A DNA stretch of 62,972 nt, filler included, from Basidiobolus ranarum (GCA_040143965.1; 39 parts of 39 records of this genome joined end to end with filler, not necessarily neighbours in it), one strand, 5' to 3'. Shown: positions 25,948 through 37,265, numbered from the whole stretch's first letter. The notes: generated by a model from the sequence alone, not told the origin. Numbers and translations: made by a program.

Positions 25948-26804
25948 CGACACCCACCAATTCCTCTAAATCACCACATAACATCCAACAGGCTCCCAAA
26001 TACTTTAACAGGTTATGAGCCCCAAGCTTGCACTCTCTGTGATGTCTACTTCTCAAATTTATGGAACTTTTCCTTCTTCTGCAAAATTGGATGGAACCAA
26101 TTATCAAGTTTGGAAAACTAAACTGAAAATGCTGCTGCAAGGAAAAGGACTTTGGGACACTGTTGTAGGAGAAGAAAACAATACAAAACTATCTGAAACC
26201 AAAGTCTTTCTCTAGGCTAAAGAAGAACAAAGTGCCTTTGACACAATTTGTATTAATGTTAAAGACAAATTGTTAATTCAATGTTCAAGAGCTAAAACTG
26301 CCAAGAATGTATGGAAAGCCTTAGAAGACACCTACCAAACAAGTTCTGCTGCCAACAAGATGTTTCTAAGAAGACAATTCTTTAACTTAAAGACAAAGCC
26401 AGGAGAAGACATTTAATCACTAATTAATAGAGTCACTAATTTAGTGGCTGAAATGGAATATATGAGAGTACCTACTACTGATCAATATATCATAGTTACA
26501 GTCCTGAATAGCCTGTCACACAAGTTTCAGAGCCTAGTAATGGCTCTAGAATCAAGAACTGAAAATTTGACCTTAAATTATGTATTTGGCAGACTTCTGG
26601 ATATAGATTGATGCAAATCAGGATCCAATGAAAAGAATGAGGGAAACGCTTTGATAGGCTATGGAAAACCTTACTTAAAGATCACCAGCACTGTAAGAAG
26701 AAAGGTAACACAATGTGTAATTACAGGTGAAAGAACTGGCCATTTAAGCAAAGATTGCTTGAAAAAATTGCAAAAGAAGAAAAACATATTGAATCTTGAA
26801 ATAT
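25948..26804 (+). mobile_element. Copia family A 5' LTR end, PBS (26011-26022) and gag
   Basis: TTTAACA then GGTTATGAGCCC; KLDGTNYQVWKTKLKMLL...GLW. Confidence 0.95.
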
Positions 26805-27465
26805 CCCTAACAGAAATTTTAGGATTGTTATTATAGGAAAACCATCACAATTTTAATCCATTTGGGATTGACCATTTACTTACCATCATAAAATTGTCAA
26901 GTTAGATTTGATGTTAATCAACATTTTCAGTTTCCAGAGTGACATTTCAAGATCTTGCAAAATATTTGCACATGATTGGCTACAATATCAGAGAACTATG
27001 GATCAACACATGTGCAAAAAATGTAACTCAAATTTTGCACATTCACCACTTGAACACTAATTTGTCACCTTTGCAATTCCTGGTTTCTTTGATATATTCT
27101 CCTGAATATTTTTATAGAGTTCTTCATACCCAAGGTTTAGCTCATATCTAACACAAATTTGTATCAATATCTCCATCAAAGCCTACCATTATATTAACAT
27201 TGCTGAGTTAGCATTCTTCCAGCTGTCTGGTGGACACCCTGCAATATTATGCAACTCTGTAGTAAGTTCTTCCTGGATGTATGCATGGCCAACACCAGAC
27301 TGAATGGCAAGTTGAATATTCTTCTTCTGAAGCCACTTTCTGCATACTTGCACTGCATTTTTCCCTTGATACATTCAAAAATACTCCTCAAGCACTTTGA
27401 CTATTTTCATATGTCCTTGTGCTGTGACACTACTGAGGGTGCTTTGCAGTGTTTGTGTGGCTTTT
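26805..27465 (+). mobile_element. CACTA left end with antisense accessory ORF
   Basis: CCCTAACAGAAAT start interrupts copia gag; overlaps 55015-55410 in sequence. Confidence 0.9.
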
Positions 27466-27565
27466 NNNNNNNNNNNNNNNNNNNNNNNNNNNNNNNNNNN
27501 NNNNNNNNNTTAATTAATTAANNNNNNNNNNNNNNNNNNNNNNNNNNNNNNNNNNNNNNNNNNNN

Positions 27566-29082
27566 AGTACCAATGGTGGTTTATCAGAAGTTGAAGAAGA
27601 AGACAATGGTTTTGTTATGGACTCTTTGTTATTGGCAAACATTAGTCCATCATAACACTTACAGTAAAGGAAGTAACTTTGATTATTGAGGAGTGGAGAG
27701 TTCAATCCAATCATAGCAACTGGGTGTTTATTGGTTTTCTTACACTTTTACCACAGTTGATTTGCAACTGTTGCTTGCCACAGACCTAGTACAAGTGGAA
27801 ACACTTGTCAATTGTATGACTTATAATCCTTCAGTAATTAAACTGCCTTCATATCCAAATGGTTGTTTGGCTTTCACCGGTGATCTGAAAAACCTCAAGT
27901 CTTGTACTGTTTGCACACAATTGACAATCACTGTATCAGGTAAATATTGCACATATTTGGCTTACATATTGTTGATTTCCCATCTTAAAGTTTTGATGAA
28001 ATAACCTCAATATAGATCATTGATCCAATACCAAAGTACTCACCATAAAGCTGATGGATTACCAATATACTTGATGGTTATGACTAACAGAATCTGAAAA
28101 GTCAAGGTTTCTTTTTAGAATATGTATGATCATGCAATTGCTTTGGCTCTGGGTGGATTCTCACTTTACAAATATACCATTGGAAAGGCTTGCTGGCCAA
28201 GCATATTTATCAACTTAAATATTCCGCCTTCTGAATGGTATAAGAGTCCCATTATTTTGATACTATCTAAGTTATCTGGACCTAAATCACCGGTGCTTAT
28301 AGATAGCTTCTTGAAGCCTTTGATTGTGAAATTTGAACAGTTATCTAATGGGGCTCAGATGGGTGAATATTTTATTAAAGCTAATATCCATGTATGTATT
28401 GGTGACACTCCTGCCATCAGTAAACTTGGAGGTGTTTGTGGGCACAATGCACTATGTTGCTGTAGATTTTGTCAAATCAATGGAGTTAACTCTGACAGGC
28501 ATACGCATTACTACTATCCAATACAACACTAAACTTCATGATTTTACCATCAAGAGCCCGGTCAGATTTCAACATGATCACTTATATCAATTCACCAAAT
28601 AGTCAGTCTAACATCAAACTTGGTATTAGCTTTAAGCCTAAGATTATATTACTAAAGGGGATCAGCTGGACCCAGAGCTTCCCATTAAGCACTATGTGCT
28701 TACTATTCAACAACATTCCATTGCTACTAACTCAGCTATATAGAGCAAAATTCAATATGAATGAGCCATTCAAGATATGATCAAAGTATGAATCAATTGG
28801 GAAAATTCTTGAAAACGTCAAGATACCATCATATTTTACCAGGACTCCCATCAATATCCACTCATCTTGGTGTTTATTCAAATGCAAAGACTGGAAGTAT
28901 TGGATTTATATATATTCCAGTGGATTTTGAAAACATTTCTGCCTGATAAGTATTGGCAATATTGGGAGTTGTTTCTCAATATTGCTTATATATTCTTCTG
29001 GCATCAACTCACATTTGCAGATCTCAGGCTGATACAGTGATTGTGCAAAGATTTTGTAATTGGATATGAAAAACTGTATTAC
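27566..29082 (+). mobile_element. CACTA/EnSpm transposase pseudogene (Transposase_21-like core)
   Basis: PNGCLAFTG...CTVC; ALALGGFS...CWP...INLNIPPSEWYK; GPKSP...DSFLKPL; IGDTPAISKLGG..GHNA..CCRFC; DWKYW. Confidence 0.92.
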
Positions 29083-29182
29083 NNNNNNNNNNNNNNNNNN
29101 NNNNNNNNNNNNNNNNNNNNNNNNNNTTAATTAATTAANNNNNNNNNNNNNNNNNNNNNNNNNNNNNNNNNNNNNNNNNNNN

Positions 29183-30699
29183 TTACAAAGGCAGAGTCAA
29201 TAAAACAGGAGGAAGCACCTGAATCAAGAAGTGCAGTTGTTTTTATTGACTTGGAATTTGGTAGCAGGAGTGTAATGGGCAGCTTTAATGATTTATATGA
29301 CTGCAGAGATTGCGATGTATGGTGAAGCAATATTTTTGAAGATGGTTTGCCCAACTGCATGCCCATTGTTGCAGCTGGGTGTCAAAGTTTTCCAACGGTT
29401 GGGAAAAGTCCTCTTGTACCAGCACATTGTTGATCTTAAATCCAGGATTCTTCTTTGGAGAGGTTGTTGCTACATGTCCAGGAGCTTGACAATAGAGGCA
29501 TAGATTCTCTTGTTGGTGCCAATATTTCTGCTCTGGGCTAAGCTTTCTGAAGCAAGTTCCATCAATTCGCTTTGGATCATCAGCTTGAGCTGTATTTTGG
29601 GTTTGATGGAAGGTGGGTCTGAAAGTAGATGATGAATGAGAGAAGAAAGGAACCATGTTTCTTTGTTGTTGTCTTTCAAACAACCAGTTGTCACATTTAA
29701 CTGCCTGGTGGATAGCATCAGTCAAGGTCACTGGATCAGCCATAGTGAGTAAAATATCCTTAATGTTTTCTTGGAGTCCATATTCGAATTGGTAGATCAG
29801 GGCAGATTCTCCCCAATTGAGATCACCGGCAAGAAGGTGGAATTCTGCAGCATAAGTTGATGCAGGTTTCAACCCTTGTTTAAGTGCACGGAGCTTGGTG
29901 GCTGAAGTTATTTCTTTATCTGCATCTCCAAATGTGGCCTCCAGTTCAGCAAGAAAGGTAAGGAAGTTTGAAAGAAGTGGAGATTGACTTTCCATCAAAG
30001 GAGCAAACCAAGATAGAGCTGTACCTGATAATAGTGTTCCCACTAAGCCTACTTTTGCTTGGTGTGAGGGGTAGCAATGAGGATGTAACTGGATGATGAG
30101 CTTAACTTGGTTAATAAAAGCACAATAGTTTTGGTGAGTGCCATCAAACTTGTTTGGTAAGGAGATTTTGGGTTCAGGAGTTAGAATTGCAGTATAGTTG
30201 GGTGGAGCTGGATTCTGTACTTGAGCAATAGAAATACAAAGTTCTTGATTTTCTTGCTGAAGCTGAGTAAGAGCTTGCTTGATATCTTCCATTGTGGGGG
30301 CTGGTGTAGACATAATACTTACTATTTTGGGAGGGGGAAGTTTTTTAAAAACCACAAGTTTCTCTAGGAATGATAATCACAATGCAATGTCCAACTTTCT
30401 TTTGAAGAAATGATTGGGGCCTTGACAAAAGAATATGCTGGTATCAATTTCCTTTGATCTTGATCAAGTGCTAAAGCTTCTTTGATCAAAAATAACTGTA
30501 AACTCAACCAGTAGTGTTTTGACAAGGATGCACTTAGAGCAATTATCCAAAGGTGGAAGGTTCCTTTGCCTTAGCAGGGAAGCTTGGGAAAGATGGGGAA
30601 TAAGAGGGAAGCTGACCTTGGGGGGTTTCAAGGTTGGAGAACAGGGATGGAGAGAAGTCTACAGGCAAGTATAAGTAGTCTGATCAAACTGTCACAATA
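29183..30699 (-). mobile_element. Tf1/sushi-type gypsy LTR end, PBS (30677-30687), leader, gag and protease (-1 frame)
   Basis: PEPKISLPNKFDG...A.SWF...LRALKQG...YAAEF (PEG10/sushi-like gag); LCLYC..PGH knuckle; ALLDSGASSCFID. Confidence 0.95.
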
Positions 30700-30799
30700 N
30701 NNNNNNNNNNNNNNNNNNNNNNNNNNNNNNNNNNNNNNNNNNNTTAATTAATTAANNNNNNNNNNNNNNNNNNNNNNNNNNNNNNNNNNNNNNNNNNNN

Positions 30800-32215
30800 T
30801 ATAGAGGAACCCAATGCATTGCTTACTATTGCTTACATATGTAATGTAACTAAAGATAACCAATGTTTTGAATAAAACTCATAATCCAACACCTTCTACT
30901 ACTTCTTACATATCATTGGGTTGAAATTTACCAAAGCTTATGCCTGCTCTTACCTTTTCCAAACTTGAAGTGTCAAGTGGTTTTATTAGTATATCTACTA
31001 GCATGTTTAGAGTGTTACAAAACAAAATTCACTTCTATGCCTTCAACTTTCCCCTCTATAAACCAATATCTTATGTCAATATATTTCATCCATGGGTGAT
31101 TTTCAGGCATTTGACAATCTGAATACACCGGATGTATTTTGGGAACATATGGCCTGTTTGGAAGAACTCTAGTAAAATGGTGTTGTTATTTACTTCTAGA
31201 TAATGATTTACTGACCAGGAATTAAGCATTTATACTTTTTGCTGGAAATATATGAAGCTAACACTGGATTTGTGTTTCAAACATCTGAGGGAGGAAAATG
31301 ATAAATCTTTTGGCAATTGGGATGAGTTTGAAATTTTCAGTACAAAATTACTACTTCTCAGATAATATGTGTATACATAAATTATCTGTTCCAGGTTTCA
31401 GCCAAGTGATATTTGACTATATGGTGTCAACAAACTAACGTGTGATGTATGAAATAGTTAGGTGTGTAAAGATAGGGAAAAAAAATATGACAAAAATATT
31501 CAACACCAACACTTCCACAAAACTAAAAGTTCATATATCTTAATGCTAAATTGAATCTTGCTTCTGCAAATTTTTGCATTGGCAATAGTTAAGGGGTCAG
31601 CAATCATGTCTCTCATTGGATAGGTATCCTATTGGACATGCTTATTTTCAATTGCTTCTTTAGCAAAGTGAAGTTGAATATTGATGTGCTTGACTGCTGT
31701 AAAGTGCTGAGATCCCAAATTTTGCACATGATGGCTGGCCACCCTGACCGCAAAAGAGATTTCTGGACATGTTCAAGTCAGAGCATAGATCAAATTACCA
31801 ACCAAAGATTGATAAGGAAACTCAGAGCTTTCAAAGAGCATATTTTGAGCTATATTAGGCTAATTTCCATCATTCATGAAGGGTTTTTGACTAATTCCAC
31901 ATCTGGATCCACAGGAGCTCATACTGGCTTCCAAATCTCCTTCCTGTAACATTTAAGAACATCCGAAGCATATTTGGATTGACACAGAGTGATACCCCAG
32001 CCTAATTTATCTATATGGAGGAGAATCCCCTAAAATCACAAAGTATTCCCAATTTAGTCTTTACAAATTTGATTGATAAATCTTCTTTGGAGTTCCTGAG
32101 AGCTTCATCATTCTTGGCAGTTATAATTGTATCATCTATATATAAGGCTGGTTTCATCTTACTGTACTTAAAAACCATATTGCTTCTTTTGTTGCTTCAC
32201 GGGCAGCCATGTATT
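30800..32215 (-). mobile_element. Nested copia RNase H/RT remnants and LTR fragments
   Basis: EYMAAREATKEAIWF at 32215-32170; further RH ends at ~31560 and ~30950; LTR-like 31390-31505 shared with 53430-53543. Confidence 0.75.
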
Positions 32216-32241
32216 TGTTGAAATTATTTAGGGATAAATAT

Positions 32242-32314
32242 TGGTCTGGCCAGGGTTTGAACCTGGGGCCTCCTTCACTCTAGCAAGGTGCTCTAACCAC
32301 TGAGCTACCAGTCC
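32242..32314 (-). pseudogene. tRNA-like sequence (73 nt, apparent anticodon AGA, mismatched stems) located 26 bp from an LTR-like CAACA end
   Basis: GGACTGG TA GCTC-AGTGGTTA-GAGC A CCTTG-CTAGAGT-GAAGG AGGCC CCAGG-TTCAAAC-CCTGG CCAGACC A; D and T arms and A/B boxes intact, one mismatch each in the acceptor and anticodon stems. Confidence 0.85.
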
Positions 32315-32416
32315 TTNNNNNNNNNNNNNNNNNNNNNNNNNNNNNNNNNNNNNNNNNNNNTTAATTAATTAANNNNNNNNNNNNNNNNNNNNNNNNNNNN
32401 NNNNNNNNNNNNNNNN

Positions 32417-33933
32417 CTCTCCCTCAACTAAATAGTCATATAAACTAATCCTAATAAAGGTCTAAATTTCTCAAATTTCTGTCTAGCTAATGGTTTGGTT
32501 AATATATCAGCAATCATGTCTTCTGTAGAACAATAAGTTAAGTCAATAAACTTATTCTCTATAGTCTCTCTAATGAAGTGATGCTTAATATCTATGTGTT
32601 TGCTTCTATGATGAAACACAGGATTTTTAGCTAATTTGATACAACTTCGATTATCTTGAAATATTGTAGTTGGTGAATTTTGAGAATAACCCAAATCTGC
32701 TAAGAGCTTTCTTAACCATATTGCTTCTTTTGTTGCTTCACAGGCAGCCATGTTGTAAGCTTCAGTTGTTGAAAGTGCTATGGTAGGTTGTTTCTTTGAA
32801 TTCCAAGAAATAGCTCCATTACAGCAAAGAAATAGGTATCCTGTTGTAGATCTCCTGTCTGCAGTATCTCTTCCCCAATTTGCATCTGAATATCTCATCA
32901 GATCAAAGTTTGATCCAGAATATATGTATTTTAAGCATAGATCCACAGTACCTTTCAAATATCTGAAAATCCACTTAACTGCTATGATTTGATCAGATCC
33001 ATAATTTTGAAGATATTGGCACATAACTCCCACAGAATATGCAATATCTGGCCATGTTCCAACCATGATATACATCAAACTACCAACCATAGATTGATAA
33101 GGAAATTTCTGGCTTTCATTTGAATCCAAGAATGTCTGATTTGAGCCATTTTTGGTCAAGTTAAGATTTGTCTCCATTGGGGTAGATACTGGATTACATT
33201 CTTCCATTTTAAACTTCTTTAGTATATCTAGGATATACTTAGACTGGTTTAAAGTTATTGTTTTGGTAGTTCTATCTATCTTAATTTGGATTCCAAGATA
33301 GTACATCAGTTCACCAAGATCAGTCATTTTGAATTTGGCAGATAAGCTGGATTTGGTGTTCTCCAAAGTCTTCAAGTCATTGGTTGCTATAATAAGATCA
33401 TCTACATATAAGGCTAATAAAACTGGGTTTGTCTTATCTGGCCTGAAGTAGATACTATAGTCAGCATTACTCTTTTGGAATTTGAGTGTTTCCAAAAAAG
33501 CATCTATCTTGCTATTCCAAGCTCTTGGAGATTGTTTTAAGCCATAGAGTGTTTTCCAGAGTCTGCAAACTTTTTTAGGGTTTTCTGGGTCCACAAATCC
33601 ATCTGGCTGGTCTATATAGATCTCCTCAGCAAGCTCATCACCCAACAAAGCTGTTTTAACATCCATTTGATGTATAACAAACTGATATTTAGCTGAAATT
33701 GCTAAAATCAATCTAATTGAATTAAACTTTGCTACAGGAGCAAAAGTTTCTGTGTAATCTATTCCTGGTGTTTGGGAATAGCCTTTGGCTACTAGTCTAG
33801 CCTTGTACCTTTCTATATTGCCATCAGAGTTGTATTTAACTTTAAACACCCATTGGCAGCCAATTGATTTTCTATCATCAGGTAAGTGGGTTAAGATCCA
33901 AGTTTGATTATCAATCAAAGCCTGGTACTCATC
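32417..33933 (-). mobile_element. Copia family A RT-RNase H, uninterrupted 496-aa frame, followed by PPT
   Basis: YKARLVAKGYSQ, QMDVKTA, LYGLKQSPRAW, LYVDDL, YSDANW, ADILTKPL; GAGGGAGAG after the stop. Confidence 0.97.
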
Positions 33934-34033
33934 NNNNNNNNNNNNNNNNNNNNNNNNNNNNNNNNNNNNNNNNNNNNTTAATTAATTAANNNNNNNNNNN
34001 NNNNNNNNNNNNNNNNNNNNNNNNNNNNNNNNN

Positions 34034-34720
34034 ATACATCATCTAACTTTGCAGATGGTATTACTCAAATTTGGTCTAAATTGAGCACAGCTGTGCCCTT
34101 ACCAGCTGCTTGTAGTGCATAGTCATCACCCAAGTAGACTTTCCTTTTGGGATGGTTTTTGAGCTACTAACCCAATCTTTCTTGTCTGACATATACTGGG
34201 AAGCTACTGAATCAATGTATCATGTTTTTGAGTCTTCTTTAGTGATCACTGATAGGGCAGACAGAAATGTATGAGCTGTGACAGTGCTTAATAGGTTTGC
34301 TTGCTCCAATTTGAGCATTTTGGCAAAAATCACTTTTCATCAATTTTTGATGAAAAGGCCTGGTTTCTTGCAATACTTGTAGAGGAATGATTTCCTCTCA
34401 CAGGCACCATAATTGAAGCCTGTAGGGCTTTTTACAGCTCCACAAAATGCCTGTTTTGCATTGTTTTACTGAGAATTAGAACTCCTTGATTCCTCATTCA
34501 AAAGCTAAGCACCAACACTTTTCATTGTTGATTGCTCTGATCTCAATTATAGGGCAATTATGGGGTTCCCAAACTTCTCTGGCAGGCTCCCAAGTACTTT
34601 CATGACTATGTCTTCTTCATTTACAGGTGCTACCATGGATCAGAGCTGATCTGCCATAGTTTTATCCTATTTATATGATTAACCATAGATTCATCAGATT
34701 TCATATGAGGCGAGAATATA
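34034..34720 (-). mobile_element. Decayed copia gag-protease (another family)
   Basis: Reverse strand: VLGSLPEKF, CKKPG knuckle remnant, YIDSVASQ. Confidence 0.7.
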
Positions 34721-34864
34721 TTTGCTAAAGATATAGCCTATTATGTCATGTACTGTTTGCACACAATTTGCAATCAATGAATCAGGTAGACACATTTCAT
34801 AACTGATATATATATATAATTGATTGCTGGTCATCAAGTGTTGATGGAATGTCCCATATATAGA

Positions 34865-35549
34865 TGATTGCTCCAATACCAAAGTACTCAGCAAAATACT
34901 GATGGTATTACCAATATACTTAATGGATATCACTACCAAAATCTGATAAGCCAAGGCTTGTTTCAGAATTCATATGATCATACATTTGCTTTGGCTCTGG
35001 ATGATATCTTACTAAACTAATATAGGATTGGAAAGGCTTGCTGGCCAATAATTTCAATTAGCTTGAATCTTCCTCCATCTGAATAGTATATTGGTCATAA
35101 TATTTTGATACTATCCATCATATCTATCATTGCTTTGATCTCAGCATACTCATCTACTGCAGACAGAACTCTTCTACTACTAGATTATGACATCATATCT
35201 GCTGTGCCATCCTTTCATGTCAATCTTGTGTTAGTTCTTCCAGGGTACCTGATATGGAAGTCATGTGCTTTGGAACATTCCATAAAACCTAACCAATCAT
35301 TTCATTTGACATGTAGTTTATTTCTGCCAAGACCTTCCATGGAAGGTCACCTGATCATCCTTACATCATCTCTCTTTGTATTGGTCCTTGTAGTTCCCAA
35401 CACCCTGATGCTTGAACTTGCCACTGTATGCTCCCTATTCAGTATATTATGTTCCACCCTGCAACAACTATGTAAGCACCATGTATTCCTTGATCAGACC
35501 TCAGTCTGATCAATGCCAGTTATCAATAAAGATTCTTGCCAAAGTATCT
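34865..35549 (+). mobile_element. CACTA transposase fragment (to ~35125) interrupted by a gypsy LTR (~35126-35549)
   Basis: Matches 28020-28275, then switches to an LTR matching 44763-45190. Confidence 0.85.
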
Positions 35550-36382
35550 NNNNNNNNNNNNNNNNNNNNNNNNNNNNNNNNNNNNNNNNNNNNTTAATTA
35601 ATTAANNNNNNNNNNNNNNNNNNNNNNNNNNNNNNNNNNNNNNNNNNNNTAAAACAGATTATTGCCAAGGTTGGGTTTGAACTGGTTGACTTTTAGTTGG
35701 AACATGGATGGTTATACTTGTGTAGAAGTGCTATAGGAGTCATTGTCAGCAATTTCAATGGCTAGAAGAATTGGTGGCTTACACATATTGAATGAAATAT
35801 TAACATTAATAACTATGTGATGGAGTGAGCATGGAACTTGTAAATATGTTGTGGAAGGACCCATGATCATGTGTGTGATGTATGGGGCCTTTAAGACAAG
35901 CTTGAAAAGTTGTTATATCTGTGAACATCTAAGTAAATTGCAGTTGAGAATAGGTTATGTGCTAGTAAATATAGCATAATAATCTTCTTTACATGGGTTA
36001 AATATTAGCAATAGATATAATACACACATAGAGTATAGTTCAGATATACTCCTATCCTATCACAATCTATTAGGAGATTACTATCCAGATTATTACTTTA
36101 CTTAGATTAGTATATAAGCCATATTATGTTCGTAACACTTGGTACTTTTCATCCTCTCCAAAGTATAACAGAGGAAATTGATTACGTTTATGCTAATAAT
36201 TGTAGCATAATCAACATAAATAAGTAAATATATATGCGTATTGCATTACGAATTGCCACTCTGTGTTGGTACTTAATGTATGCAAGGAACACTTGACAAG
36301 AGATAAGCTTTTGCCGCTCACAGTTTTAAAATAACTATAGTCAAAGTTCAGGTAGTCGCAGTATTGTGGTAGTAAACATACG

Positions 36383-36700
36383 TTAGAAGTTGAAGGTCGT
36401 ACATAACTTGTAACAATTAACCAGGTCACTGATAGCCCCAGCTGCGGCTAATATATACTCCAATGGATCTGTATCACCAGAAGCTTTACTGTAAGCTACA
36501 CCTATTGTGATAGATAAAGCTAGCTCTACGACAGGAACAAAAGCAACGGTAATCTTTACCAGAGTTATAATGACTTTCACCATGAAGTTAGCAGTAGTTT
36601 TCTGTTCTTGCTCTACAACCATATTTCCAACATCAATAACTTGTTTCACTCCATCTACCACATTAGCTATAGCTATAACATTTGTCAGGATTTGTCTTGT
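36383..36700 (-). CDS. Hypothetical hydrophobic coding fragment, unknown function
   Basis: ~105 open codons with two apolar helices in normal-CpG DNA; no recognisable motif. Confidence 0.35.
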   Translation of the reverse strand, partial: TRQILTNVIAIANVVDGVKQVIDVGNMVVEQEQKTTANFMVKVIITLVKITVAFVPVVELALSITIGVAYSKASGDTDPLEYILAAAGAISDLVNCYKLCTTFNF

Positions 36701-37265
36701 CTAGCTTCATAACTTTGCCGACTCTTAGGTGAGCTAAAGTGGAATAATTGTATGTGAGCCTCACGTTCCCAATGAAGATATCATACTAAGACTATTGATG
36801 ACAATAAGGACTATTGATAACAATGTTAGGATTAGGGTTAGGGCTAGGTTAAACAATTCTATGTAGGGTGATCAGGCCTGTGTCAATATTACCACAAAGG
36901 GATTCTCAGTTTCAGAGTCTAATTTTGGTTACATTCTGTTAAAGCGATCAAAAACAGTTGATATTATCGATCGTTACAATGACAAAAGATTAGCTAACTT
37001 TGCCATTGGTGACGATGCTCAGGGCATTTCAAATGAACTTCAAAAACTTCAGCAGCGGTGATGCGTGGATACTGTTTTTGCGTGTGGTCCTAATCTGGTT
37101 GCAAGTTCGATCAATATATTACACCAATATTCGGAGAGAAGGAATCTGAAAAGGATGGGAAAATGNNNNNNNNNNNNNNNNNNNNNNNNNNNNNNNNNNN
37201 NNNNNNNNNTTAATTAATTAANNNNNNNNNNNNNNNNNNNNNNNNNNNNNNNNNNNNNNNNNNNN

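Noticed and set aside
32417-33933. Classical Neurospora-type RIP
   Set aside because: CpA and TpG remain abundant and the ORF is still open; the loss is specific to CpG.
35105-35509. Recurrent hydrophobic ORF (PRPSMEGHLIILTSSLFVLVLVV), also at 10947, 42801 and 44908, as an env-like or membrane gene
   Set aside because: It lies wholly in U3 of the gypsy LTR; starts, ends and downstream frames differ between copies, so recurrence reflects LTR copy number.
35660-35745. Second tRNA-like element (reverse GTTCAAACCC B-box)
   Set aside because: No convincing A box or cloverleaf can be formed.
36826-36849. TTAGGG telomere-like run
   Set aside because: Only two perfect units among four, interstitial; too short to call a telomere.
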